Positions 14,796 to 28,345 of a stretch of 64,000 nucleotides of DNA are shown here, one piece after another. Source of the DNA: Balanoglossus misakiensis. Its lineage: Eukaryota > Animalia > Hemichordata. Every line of letters starts with the position of its first letter. Within the stretch, counting starts at the first letter, position 1. A model generated the notes under the pieces. The model saw nothing but the letters and a program-made list of their open reading frames with translations. It was not told the origin of the DNA and searched no databases. The position numbers and the translations under genes were made by a program. The stretch lies in assembly GCA_040954595.2 (NCBI GenBank), contig CM082591.2, positions 7,120,047 to 7,184,046 on the forward strand. The letters are read 5' to 3'.

Positions 14796-15361
14796 TGTCT
14801 GTCTGTCTGTCTGTATATGGCCAAGTACTCCGTTGTACTCTTTTTCTTGTGTAATCCCTCCATGAGACCACTGTGTCCTTGACACAATTTTTTTATCCAA
14901 GTGACAATCTGGAACAGCCCATTGATCTCTGTGTGTGTGTGTGTGTGTCTGTCTGTCTGTATATGGCCAAGTACTCCGTTGTACACTTTTTCTTGTGTAA
15001 TCCCTCCATGAGACCACTGTGTCCTTCACACAATTTTTTTATCCAAGTGACAATCTGGTACAGCCCATTGATCTCTGTGTGTGTGTGTGTGTGTCTGTCT
15101 GTCTGTATATGGCCAAGTACTCCGTTGTACACTTTTTCTTGTGTAATCCCTCCATGGGACCACTGTGTCCTTGACACGATTTTTTATCCAAGTGACAATC
15201 TGGAACAGCCCATTGATCTGTGTGTGTGTGTGTGTGTGTCTGTCTGTCTGTATATGGCCAAGTACTCCGTTGTACACTTTTTCTTGTGTAATCCCTCCAT
15301 GAGACCACTGTGTCCTTGACACGATTTTTTATCAAAGTGACAATCTGGAACAGCCCATTGA

Positions 15362-15397
<36 letters not shown>

Positions 15398-15813
15398 TGT
15401 CTGTCTGTCTGTCTGTATATGGCCAAGTACTCCGTTGTACACTTTTTCTTGTGTAATCCCTCCATGAGACCACTGTGTCCTTGACACAATTTTTTTATCC
15501 AAGTGACAATCTGGAACAGCCCATTGATCTGTGTGTGTGTGTGTGTGTGTCTGTCTGTCTGTATATGGCCAAGTACTCCGTTGTACACTTTTTCTTGTGT
15601 AATCCCTCCATGAGACCACTGTGTCCTTGACACAATTTTTTTATCCAAGTGACAATCTGGAACAGCCCATTGATCTCTGTGTGTGTGTGTGTGTGTCTGT
15701 CTGTCTGTATATGGCCAAGTACTCCGTTGTACACTTTTTCTTGTGTAATCCCTCCATGAGACCACTGTGTCCTTGACACAATTTTTTTATCCAAGTGAAA
15801 ATCTGGACCAGCC
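13473..15813. repeat. Minisatellite array: 15 units of ~141-225 bp, each with a variable (GT)n(CTGT)n tract
   Basis: Unit starts ('cattgat') at 13473, 13621, 13766, 13924, 14065, 14289, 14433, 14581, 14728, 14920, 15066, 15211, 15356, 15522 and 15668; the constant part is nearly identical between units. Confidence 0.97.
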
Positions 15814-18800
15814 AGTGGTGTTGAGACAGACTATTTATCATGACTCATCCTAAGTAACTGCAGGTTTTCCATCTCTCAGATCATCTGCAATGATGTCACT
15901 ATATAAGTGGTTAGGGTATATTCTTGCAAAAAAATATATCACTAAAAAAAATATATCACCAAGCGCCCTCAGGCGCTTGGTCCCCTTCTGTTATTGCTGG
16001 AGTTTTTCTTCTTTCTTCTTCAGTCGTTTTTTTGCTCCCGTTTTTCTCAAAAATCCCTGGACCTACGTCTATGAAACTTGGTACGGTGGTTTGGGCCCAT
16101 GAGTACTGGTGCACCTGCCCTTTGAATTTGTAATTAGTCACATGACTTGGTGGCTATAATCGAGCGAAATTTTCAAATTGACCTAATTTGCACGTTAATG
16201 GCGGCATTTAAATTCTTTTCTCAAACTTTGTATACCATATGACCAAAATCCACTGTACCAAATTTCAAGGTCCTAGGCCACGTCGATTTTGAGAAGATTT
16301 TTGTAATATTTTTCACATTTTTTGGTGGGCTGAGGACGAACACTAGGGCATCGGACTTTAACCGTAATTACGTAATGTTGTGGAGATCTCATTAGCAGGC
16401 TACTCACTTCTGGCGGGTTGCAGTAGTCCTTGGAAAATCGGCTGAAATACGTAAACAGACCAGTGATTATTTTCCACGGAATGAATAATGGGACAACACA
16501 TTATCGGAGTTCAGGCTGTGTTAGGGCGTTTTATTGAATTACGCTGAGTTTGTTAGCTGTTGCCGTTCAAATGTGTCTACGCAGACCCGGCTACACTGGT
16601 TAACATTCAATGTAATGCGGCAGCGGACTTTGACCCTCAGTCGCTAATGTTGTGGGAGGTTTCATTAGCATGTTAGTCACATGTAGTGGATAGTAGTTCG
16701 GGAAATTGGCCGAAATACATAAGCAGACCAGTGATTTTATTGCACGAAGGGAGTATGGTACCAGCAATAATTAGAAATCAGGCTTTGTTGCCGTTCAAAA
16801 GTTCCTACTTCAGTCGTGACGTTGCAACTGGACGGTCAGTATGGGGTTCGGCCCGCAGGTGGCCGTGGGGGTGATTTGGATGACCTCTGTCGTACAGTGC
16901 CATATCTCAGCACGTTGTACAGATGCAGCTTTGGTATTTGGAGGGATGAAACTATCATGAAATGCCAAATACAGGGGGATACCTGTGACACCTGTTTGAT
17001 TCATGTATTATGTGCATACCTAATGGTAGGCAAAGTGAAAGGGATGCAAATGTAGGATTTGTTGCACATGACATAAACAGGAATGAAAATTTTTTGTCAA
17101 ATTTTTGGGTGACCTCAGGTGTCCATTGACCTGCTTTCCATATGTTAGCATGCACATCATATATAGCCAGGTGTTTGGAGGGGTAGGGTAGGACCCTCTG
17201 CGTCATGAAATGCTAAATTCCTGGGGCCACCTGTAACTTACTTGCGTAACTCATTATTATGGCCATATCTAATTTGACAAACCCAAAGGGCGGGGATTTT
17301 CCGTTGTCTTGAATATGAACCAAATAAGAATCCTAATTTTTGGCCAAATTTTGGGTACCCTCAGCTGACCTTTGAAGTACCTACTGAAGTACTAACAACG
17401 TAGAAGTTCACCTTTGGTTGTTGTGTTTGTACTTGTAGGACATGCATTTCGGGTGGTTGCCTATACTCCCCCATATCTCAACATCGAGAGCAAATACAGC
17501 CTACGCATTTGAATGGTACAACCCTGAATGGAGTCTAATGGTTATTCACTCTATGCTTGGGCCCATTAAATTAATGCTGCTTGCAGCTTTAATTATTTCC
17601 TTGCAGTTGCTTGGTCTCTGGGGACGCAATGAAACCACAAACTGCGTCCTCTGCTCTTTTGAGTCAGTCTTTACCTAATTTGCATATCATGATTAGGTCG
17701 TTTGAATATGTTGATAAAAATACTTGCAACATATTAGTCAATAATCTTTGAGGCCGACCAGCTGGCCGAGCGTAGTGTGTAGTACTGTACTCTGACATAA
17801 GACATACCGGCAGGGAACCACTGTATTACTAAATTTTCCATTGTGGTCAAAATGCATTGATGACCACCAGTTTCTACATGACTAGTACAAAGTTAGAAGT
17901 GACAGTGTCACATAAACTGTTTAATGTGGCGATATTTGTGGGCTACCAATTATGGGTTTGGGGCTACCAACTTTGGGAAATGGTAGCCCAAGTGGGATAC
18001 CACTCAAAAAATTTAAATTCGAGCCCTGAGTAATGATTGACATTTCAACATATTTCTCCCAAGAACACTTTTGATGGATCATTTCAAACCTAAACTTTAC
18101 AAATACAATGATAATGCTGCTGGTAACTGTGGTCTGCACACTGCAAATATTTGATAAGATAACAAGGTACCAAAGAATAGATTGTGATCACACACCTTTA
18201 AGTAATGATAACAGAATTTAGATTAAGGTTTAGCTATTCTGTCTATTATATTTGGACATGGTGTTAATGTACCCTATAGTATAGTTAACATTTAAACCAT
18301 ACATATTGCTGCGGTGTGACCTCATTTGACCTTCCAGGCTCCACTGCCCTTCCACAGTATCAATCTGTCAATCATAGAATAACTGTACATGTATATAACT
18401 ACATGTTATGGCCGTGGCAACAAACTTCACACTGAACCAATGTCACTTTCATAATTTTTGGAGTTATTTTCCACATTTTGAAGAAAAATTAAGAACAGAA
18501 ATTAATTGTAGGTGCAGTCGCTACATGTACTGAGTGTTGACAAAATAAATTAAGGCTGTTATGAATTATTTTTACAGTTTATTTTGAGGGATTTTGAGAC
18601 AAGACTGTTTGAAATTGAATGCATTCCGTCAACTTGGTATGTACACAATCAAAACTTTGGTTCTTTTGGGAAAAAAAATATTTCAGTCTACAGTCGCTTC
18701 ATGTAACAAGTATGAATAATCCAAATTTGAGTCGTTTTGGAGAATTTTTACTCGTTTTTTCATGAAGTTTGACATGGAGCTGTCTGAAAGTTATGATGTG

Positions 18801-19029
18801 CGGTCCACTTTCCATCAGATCTCCGTTGCATCCGAAAGGATGAAGGCGATTTATCAATTTATGTGTGAAAATAATTCTACTGGTACATGTTGTATATGTA
18901 ATAACCCAGGGTACACTGTAACACTCGCTGAGCTTGATCTTGATCTTGTAAGAAGATGCACGAAGTTGGGATCCAGCAAATTTCCTGATGAAGCACCAAT
19001 CGCCATCTGATGGCGACAACCAAGTATCG

Positions 19030-19515
19030 GCTACGAGCATGTGATTATCTGCATGCAAATACACAATTCACCAACCTTGATGTCATTCTGGTGAGCAGTT
19101 TTGTTTCTGGACTTGGATAGCTGGATGTACGGGTGGTTGATAATGCGCTGTTCGTGTTGTTTGCTAATCAGTTCACGATCAGAAAGTGGGATCTGGTCAT
19201 TGGTGAATCCTGGTGCGGGGTCAACGTGAATGATGGCATGTGGGCAGTCTAGTGGACGTAGCTCTATGCACATACGTGCAAGGCTGTCGCGAAGTGAAAC
19301 ATGGTTTTCATATATTCTCGATGATGCATGATTGTTGATGTGTAAGAAGTTGTAATTTCTCTGAGGACAAGGATGAGTTGTCGACTGCGCTTGAGGACAT
19401 CAGCCGCGTAGTTAATACCAACAACTTCTGGGGGGTCTTCTGTTGTTTGCTCAGCTAGGCTGTTGGGCAGTTTCTTTAAGGAGGCGCATGTGTGGCATTT
19501 GGCCGTTTTGTACAT
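19030..19515 (-). mobile_element. LTR-retrotransposon (Gypsy-like) integrase relic; paralogue at ~51040-51725
   Basis: CHTCASLK zinc-binding end, AADVLKRSRQLILVLRE and LRPLDCPHAIIHVDPAPGF resemble an rve integrase core; frameshifted. Confidence 0.6.
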
Positions 19516-19898
19516 AGCGCTCCCATTTTTCTCTCAATCCTTTGCTTTTCGGAAATCTATGTACACTACGGATAGTGTTTTTACAGCCCCTGACGACGCA
19601 CCGTTTGACCATAATGATGGAAACACGGGACTCTCGCTTTGGGCTAGGCTGTGCAACGATATCACTGTTTACATACTGGCAACGACTTCCCCCCAATGAC
19701 GTCATGTCACATGTCTATACGCGGCAAATACGAATTGAGATTTTTTCTGAGGGACATGAATTTCGACGATTTTATTAATGAATCATTAATTATAGAAAAC
19801 CATAGCCAAAATATAATGTCTTGATTTGGATAAAATGGTTATTTTACTAAATGAATGTTTAACACTCAAATGAAATAAAAATAGGTGTAATAATTCCT
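19516..19898 (-). mobile_element. End of a DNA transposon encoding a THAP zinc-finger N-terminus (Kolobok-like); paralogue at ~51726-52107
   Basis: MVKRCVVRGCKNTIRSVHRFPKSKGLREKW matches the THAP consensus (M..C.V.GC.N...HRFP....R..W); the element ends at CCT|TTAA. Confidence 0.6.
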
Positions 19899-20137
19899 TT
19901 AAGCTCCAACTATTCTGTCAATCACAGTAGGACATGATGCAACATGCAGACTATGGATAATATTTAATCCTTCATGTTGTGGCCTGGCTTTACACTGACT
20001 GTGACCTCATTTGACCTCACAATACTAATTACATACTGTCAAGTTTTCCCTGAAACAAATATCACCATCACCTATCGGTACAGCAGTATTATACCGTACT
20101 GTATACTGGTATACTTCTTCCCAGCAGGAATGTAATT

Positions 20138-22268
20138 ATGTCAGAACCATCTGCAGCACTGGTTGTATTGAAATCATGGGACAAGGAGGCAAAGACCTCC
20201 CAACCAACTCAAGCTATAATCAAACATCTCCAAGAAAACACACTCCAGTCTGAGAACATTTCTGAATTCCACTGTACTACCCTTGAAGTTGAAGTGAGTG
20301 AAGAACAAAAGAAAGATGCAAAGACTGTGAATGTCACTTTGATCCCAGCCAAAAGAAACAAGTGGTTGGATTCAAAGAAAGATCCACCTGGAGAACACTG
20401 GCTTGTTCACCATGGTACATACTTCTCAGGATTGAAGAAACTGAAAAACATCCAACATGTAGTCGGATATTCTCCACAGACACACAAAGCAGCCGCAGCA
20501 ATTCAAGAAAGTCTCCTCCCTGAAGCCAAACTTCATCAACTCCAACTTCCCAATCCACCACCTGTGGCAGCATTAATGGTCATGCAAACCTGGCAGACAG
20601 AATCAGAAGATCAGACAACAACACCAACTCATCAGCTTGTCACTGAATTTCGAGAAAAAAAACTGAAGCCAGATGAAGTTTCTGAATTCCACTGTACTAC
20701 CCTTGAAGTTGAAGTGAGTGAAGAACAAAAGAAAGATGCAGAGAGTGTTGATGCTACTTTGATCCCAGCTATAAGAGACAAGAGGATGGATCCTCATGAA
20801 GACCCCCCTGGAGTACACTGGCTTGTTAACCATGATACATACTTCCCTAGACTGAAGGAACTGACAAACATCCAACATGTAGTCGGATATTCTCCAAAGA
20901 CACAGAATGCAGCCAAAGCAATCCACGAAAGTCTCTTCCCTGATTCCAAACTTCATCAACTCCATCTTCCAGATCCACCTCCTGGAGTATTATTTGTGTA
21001 TGACGACTGGAACAAAGAAGATTGTGGCTTGACTGGGTTTCACAGAACTCTTGTACAAGATTTCTCTGCAAGAAAAGTCAAAGAAGAAACACCTGTTAAC
21101 GCCTACTCCACATTTGTTGGTGTCAAAGTCAGTGACGACCAGAAGGCAGATGCTGCCAAGTGTCGGGTTAAATTGATTCCAGCACAACAAGAAGAAGACA
21201 GAACTGCAGAGCCAGAAGAAGATCAGCCACATTTAAAATGGTTGACGAAATATCATGAAACCTACTACCCTCACCTCAGACAGCTACAAAACATCCAGTA
21301 TGTTGTTGGTTATGCTCCAAGAACTGGATTTGCTGCTGCAAATATCAGAAAGAAATTGTTTCCTGATGCAAAACTTGTAATGATCAACCATGCCTATGAA
21401 GAACGCAACTGTCTGTTGAAACAACCAAAAGGGAAGTTTAGTGAAATGATGCTGAAGCTGGCCAGTGAAGCTGATATCATATTTTCAATTGGTCCAAGCA
21501 TGTTCGCACACTTTGAAAACCAATACCGAGCAGAATTTTCTGGAAAGCAACTTTTCAAGATCCCTCATGCAGAGATTTTCCCCAGACCTGCTGAAGTCTT
21601 TTTCAGGAAAGACACAACCATACCAGACAAAGTCACTACACACAACATACTGACGTATGGCCAAATTGATACACAAGAAGCCTTGGACAGGTGTGAGACA
21701 CTGGCAGCTGCTATTGGAAGTGCATCAAATAAGCTGAAAGATGTTTCCCACAAACCTCCTAAGTGGTCAATACAAGGAGCTTCTCCACAAGCAGGTAAGG
21801 CTGAACTGGAGCATCTTCAAGACCAGATGAAGAGTAGTCATGTCACCCCTACACTCTACTCAGGTTACTCAGCAAGCACTCTGCCAACATCACTTCAACA
21901 ATCTCACAGTTGTCTTCCTGTCTCTGTCTACAAGGACTATCCGTATAGCGGTTTAGAATCTATAGCAGTTGGACTACCAACCTATCCTGATGAATATTCC
22001 CAGCTTGGGGAGTTAGTCAAGGAATACTTTCCATACCACGCAGACAAATTTGTAGTGTCACACTCATCTGATAAGATTTCAGAGAAGATAATATGGAGTG
22101 TCAAGAAGACCAGGTTAGCTTTTGAAGAAGCTAAGGAGCTGAAGAAGGCTTTCATGGAGAGTGAAGATGTTAAGAGTTATGCCACATTTGCCAGTTTGTT
22201 GACACCAGACCGAATGAGGGAACAAGAAGGAGTTGATCCATGTGGCAAGGACACAAGAAATACAGCAG
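20138..22268 (+). CDS. Exon encoding the GT-B/GT4-like glycosyltransferase module with a triplicated N-terminal unit
   Basis: 718-aa ORF with three ~140-aa units (420-nt period, each with IQ(H/Y)VVGY.P.T). DDWNKEDCGLTGFHRTL, MINH, ADIIFSIGP and GLESIAVGLP resemble GT4 motifs. Confidence 0.8.
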
Positions 22269-25200
22269 GTAGGAGACAATTTCAAAATTATTAATAAAAA
22301 CAACTTTCTTGGTGGCGACTGTTGACAAGATTAAAATGTTCCTAGACTTAAAGTAAAGGACATTGACCCATTGACTTTTCAATGGCCATCTGCGTAATTG
22401 CATAATCTAACTGTTGTGCTTAGTACCTGTACTAGTCAACTTAGTTTAGTGCAAGTGAGGTTATATATTGTTGATTTTCCCACAATACATATTTTTGAAG
22501 CCCTACAAATTTAAGGTTTTTTCTTGGGAGACGGAGTTTAACAAAAACCGTATGACTTATGGTTTTCCAGGGTGGCGATAAATTAAGCGTACTCATTATT
22601 TTGTCTTAGATTGAGTTTAATATTGCCCCATTTCCTATAATCTTCAGATCATCATGCCGACACAACATTAATTCAAGTTCATGCCCAACTGGCTGAAACT
22701 GCCTATCAGCAACATCTAGCAGAAAATGTGGGCCAGAATGAGGAAAGGCAACAGGCAGCATCTACAGCTTGGAACAACTGCAAACAACAGTTGAATAGAA
22801 GAGCATCTGATGTGGTATCCAACGGTGATGACACTGAGAAAGTCAAGAAAGTCTGCACTGAGACTTTGGGTGAAGTGGAAATAACCAGTATGAAATCAGG
22901 GTCTCTGCAAATCACAGCCAACATGCGTAGACTTTACAATCTCTACAGATTGCGGGGAAGCTGTCTTGAAGATTCAAGAAGTTTAGCCAAGGCATTAGAA
23001 CCAATCTTGATGACAGATGAAATGACAGAGGCCAACACAGCTGGAATTCCACTACAGTTGATAGCTACATATGACCAAGCCAGGTTTGATGAACTGGAAC
23101 TATTCTTTCTGAACAGTAAGTTTTTCTTGTCAGATGAGATGGTTTGCCATAAAACTATATTGATTCAACCAAGAAACAATACAAATTCAAAGAATAAGAG
23201 AGTGTGGATTGATCACTTGGAGGAAGGAGAAAATTATACTTAATACTGAATTAACACAGGTGACAGATTAAGATTATGATTAAGATTTGATTAAGAAGTT
23301 TGTTATTTTACATTTCTATAAAATGAAACTTGTTAGAGCTGTGACTCATATAAGATAATTTAAGTTTCATGCATTGCAAATTTTTTTAACCCCAAGAAAC
23401 TTTCAGAGAAATAAAATTATGCAAATCAAAATCCATTGAATATTTTACTAACTTTCAGGAGATGGTGGGGGAATAGCACCATTGAAATTATATGGTGACA
23501 GCGTAGAAGAGGGAAGTGTTGATGAAATACTGAATCAGGTATGCTTAGATGTTAGTTGTAATGCCCAGCATTTAGCTTATCAATGCAACATATATGTGTA
23601 TCAGCACTGTTATGATGCAAAATTTGAATTCAAGTCCGGTCTAGAATTTATTTGTCAACAATAACAATGGTTGTTACACACATACAGGATATCTTGACAA
23701 GCTGAGTACTGAGTACCTTGCTGTTTGTAGTTGGACAAGAAATTGCATTTGGTACACAGAACAAAAATACCGAAAATGAAGCCAGTTTTACAGCTAATGT
23801 CCCTACAACACATGTAGCTATGTTCAACAGCATACTTTGTCCACAACTTCACACACGCAGGGAAATTTCCAAATAGTAAATAAGTCTTTACTATTTTCAG
23901 TGACGTTTACATGTTGATTGATGCCTAGCTGATATGGCTGTGAGAAGGATATTGTAATTGTTTGGCTGTTTCTCTCTGGGAACTCTTAACAACATCACTG
24001 GGATAAACTCTTGCATGGCTCAAATATTTGATATCCACTATGACTGTCTATTGAAATCCATCTAGATTTGGATTTGATATATTCATTTGTTTCAATTTTA
24101 GATTGAGAGAACACGCCTGACTTCACCAAGGGAGGAAACAGAAAAAGATTCTGACATTGAAGAGGCTGCCGTGAAACAAAGTGAGTGGTTTAATTTGGTC
24201 AAGAACTGGTAATTTATGGGATTCTAGTCCACATTGCATGGTTATAACTTCTCTGATCCAGATATGAATAATAATCAAACAAAACAACAGCAGATATTTT
24301 GGTTGGAACACATTGGCCACAATTTTGAAAGGAATAATGATACATTACATTTGCATGCTGCACTTAAGGTGTCATAAAAATTCAGAAATTTTAATTGATG
24401 TTTGTGTTAACTTTCCGACTGTCACATAAATGCCAGATCGGGACAAGTGAAATCTGTAAAAAGTTTGTTGAAAGCTATATCCAAATCGACACAATTTTGA
24501 TTAATATAATGCCCTGACTTTTTTTAACCACAGGGATGACGTAAGAATGTTTTTGTTGTAGTCATATCTGGTTATGGGTTGTCCAGTCAAAATAATATTC
24601 TACACTGTGCACCATTTGTTGTTTCTGCATCACCAGCTTGATCTGATAAGGGCCGGATGTGCCAAGACTAAAAACCTGATTTTGTGTATCAAGGCAATTC
24701 CCAGCAAACTAATGGCTCTAACAACGTTTATAACAAAGAATTAGGCTGGGAGTGTGTTGACACACACATGACATGTCTTAGAAATAGTTCGAAACAGAAA
24801 AATGACAAAATTGAGCTTCATAGCTTTATTCTTTTTCATTTCAGATTTGGCAGATGAAATCACACTACATGGCAGACCAATTCATCCCATACCAGCTGAA
24901 TCTATCAGCTTACAAGCAAAAAGCTTACTGCCCTTTGAAGCTAGTGCAAAGCAGCTCAAAGAACTAAAACAACAGTTGGATGGGGCCCTGACAGAGAAGT
25001 CCAAAATTCAGACCGAGTCAGTTGAGAATGAGAGAAAGCTAGTTGGAGAAATCACTAAACTGCAGACTGAGTCAGTTGAGAATAAGAGAAAGCTAGTTGG
25101 AGAAATCACTAAACTGCAGACTGAGTCAGTTGAGAATAAGAGAAAGCTAGTTGGAGAAATCACTAAACTGCAGACTGAGTCAGTTGAGAATAAGAGAAAG

Positions 25201-28200
25201 CTAGTTGGAGAAATCACTAAACTGCAGACAGAGAAAATGATTCTAGAGAATCAGTTGAAAGAAGCACTTCAGGAAAAGTCACTCTTAGAAGAGCAGTTCA
25301 AACAGAAACTTGCAAGTGTTGAGAATGTAGCCGCCACGCAACTTATGGACGTCATTTCCCTGAAGCAAAGATTGAGAGAATCAGACCCTAGAAACATCCA
25401 AGAGTTGGAATCTAAACTCGAACAACAAGAACAAACCATAACTGAGCTAAAGTCAAAATTATCCAAAATCCATGATGAGCAATCTGACACTGAGCTGCAA
25501 CTGAAAACTGCTGAAACTCTTCAACTGGGAGATGATGCAAAATTGGAAACTGAACAAGGTGAGATTAATAGAATCTCACACTCCCAAGGACCTGGGATCG
25601 TATTTCTCACACGAGTTGGGGATTTTTTGTCCCACAAGAGCCGCAGGCGAGTGTGGGACAAAATATCCCCGACGAGTGTGAGAAATACGATCCCAGGTCC
25701 TTGGTGTGTAAGATTCTTTTTCTCACACGACCAGAAATTTGCAATATTAACGTTTATTTACAATAAAAGAACTAAACCTATAAAATACCAACTGATAACT
25801 GCATGACCAGTCATATATTGATCCGCCCCGCAAAACATAGTCCCCATTTCATCACGAGTTTACAGTACACGCATGCGATAAAAATGTGCTCAACACATTA
25901 AAATATGGAGATTGTTTCCAGTGGCATTAATTTGCGCGATATCTAGAAAGTACAACCGTTTTTTTTAGTCTGTCGCCAACCACGTACACCACTGTCGTCT
26001 GCACATGACCTGTTGTTCCGGTTTGTGTACAACACATCACACAATTGGATAATATTTGCTCGTTCTGTGGGTATGGATATCATTATCCAATCAGAGCACG
26101 TGTCAGATAACAGTTGTCTGTGTGCGCATTAACACCGAGTGTGGGATCAATTTGATCCCATAGTCTCTATCCCAGACTCCGAGCAGCCAGGAGTGTGAGA
26201 ATGATATAAATCTGCTTCGATTATTCCTGCATCAAGAAAAATCTTCCAGCTCATATAGATTATAAAAAATGCAAGTTTTCATTGTTGTAAGAATTATAAC
26301 CAAGTACCGTACTTACAATTTAATTTCAAATATTTGTAGGCAAACTCACACCATCTGATGTGCCCCTCAAGAAAGATGACACAGGAGACATATCACCTGT
26401 AACCATGGCTACAAAAGATGAAGATGAGCCTGTGAAACCAGCATCAATGCAACCTGAGATGGCATCAGAAGAAACAGGAGCAGAGAAAGCCAGACATCCA
26501 CAACCAGAGACAATGGGAAAAGAAGACACTGAGGCTGTGGCCAAGATGACGGAAGGAGATGGAACTGAGACTGAGAAAACCAAAGCAAAACAATTTAAGA
26601 CAAAGGAAAAAGGTACACCAGTAAAACCTGTCAATAACAAACTTAGAAAGTTGGAACTACATTTACATCAATCTGATGTTGGAAAGCATGGTATAGTATA
26701 CTAGTATTCTTGATAGAGAAAAATCAGTCACAGATATCCAATGAGATGAGTAAACATTCAATGTTGGCCAAATGATTCAATCTGATGTTGGAAAGCAGTA
26801 CCCGGTATATTCTTGACAGAGGAAAATGAGATATCCCATAAGAAATAAGAAATCATTCCATTAAATATCAGCCAAACGTAATCAGATTAATTGACAGCAC
26901 TATCGTAGTCAGTGTGTACTTGTAAATTCCACCCAATCATCTTTCTATCCACTCGACACTGGGGTACCACAGGGATCAGTTCTTGGTCCCATACTTTTCA
27001 ATATGTACACGTTTTGGATGTCTGAAAACTTCTTGTGCTTAAACGATGATAAGACTGAATTTGTTATTTTCTCTAGTACTTCGGGTGATCTGTCTGCTAG
27101 AGGGATTTCAGAAATTCGTGTTGGCGATTCTCTGATTCCCGTCCATTGTCAGGCTAAGAGGCTAAGAGTGATCCTTGACTCTTGTCTGACAATGAAGCCA
27201 CATATTGGACAGACCTGTCGCTCTGCCACTTTTCATTTACGTCGCATTGCGCTTATTCGCAAATATTTATCTCAATCTGCTACAGAGCAATTAGTTCATG
27301 CATTCATTACTTCTCGAATTCACTTTCATTTGGGCTTCCGAAGTATTCAACCAACCGTATTCAACGCGTTCAGAATATTGCTGCTAGAATTGTTACTCGT
27401 TCAAAAATCACCTGTCACATCACTCCAATTTTGTATCAGATGCACTGGCTACCTGTTACAGAGCGTTTTGTTTTTAAGATGTTAGTTCTCATTTTTAAAT
27501 CCATTCATAAACTTGGTCCAATCTATCTTTCTAACATGACTAAACTATATGTTCCGTGTCGTAATTTAAGGTCAGCTGATCAGTTCAAACTCTGCCCTGT
27601 TCGATCACACACCAAGAGTTATGGTGATCGTGCTTTTACTGTTGCTGCTCCAATTCTTTGGAATAATCTTCCACTCACCATTCGCCAGGCACCAGACTTA
27701 TCTGTTTTTAAATCAAATGTTAAAACTTTACTTTTTAAATCTGTTTTTTAACCATTTGTTGTAGTGTATTATTTGCCTTTAGCGTCATTGATCACATTTT
27801 TTGTGGATACTGACGCTATATAAATTATTATTATTATTATACTATATTTTCATTGTTTGATCACTTTCTTTTGCAGAAGAAAAGCCATCCGAAGGTGTCA
27901 TCAGCAAGACGAGATTTTTTGGTGGAAGTAAAGAAACTGCTGGTGATTCAGGGACTACAGGAAGTAAAGAGATATCTGAGGATACAAAGGGAGCCAGTGT
28001 TTCAGCAGAACCTTCTAAAACAGGTATGTGCATTTCATCTCAGTGTTGGAAAATAACAGTTGAATACATGTGTTGATACCAAGGGATCAGTTGATTCAAA
28101 ACTTCAAGTAAAATTAATGTCTAAGTCATCTCTCCACTACAGGAAGTAAAGAGATATCTGAGGATACAAAGGGAGCCAATGTTTCAGCAGAACCTTCTAA

Positions 28201-28312
28201 AACAGGTATGTGCATTTCATCTCAGTGTTAGAAAATAACAGTTGAATACATGTGTTGATAATATCACAGGGAACTGAGTAATTTTGTTATTGTTATTGTT
28301 GTTGTTGTTGTT

Positions 28313-28345
<33 letters not shown>

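Larger units (their letters stand above)
630..22207 (+). repeat. Segmental tandem duplication, copy A (paralogous to ~33489-63347)
   Basis: Colinear near-identical sequence: 633 'attgtgtgcaattttaaa' matches 33490; LINE 5.3-9.1k matches 38.5-41.5k; hAT relic 9.4-10.9k matches 42.6-44.0k; ORF 20138 matches ORF 61297. Homology ends after 'ttgacacca' (22207 / 63347). Confidence 0.95.

Noticed and set aside
13473-15813. CRISPR-like array (constant repeats with variable intervals) and long HT/CV-rich ORFs
   Set aside because: The variable parts are only (GT)n length variants, there are no cas genes, the context is eukaryotic, and the ORFs are by-products of the repeat.
16350-17400. Diverged ~250-270-bp internal repeats and short ORFs
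   Set aside because: Internal repeats of a non-coding interspersed element; the ORFs are not conserved between copies.
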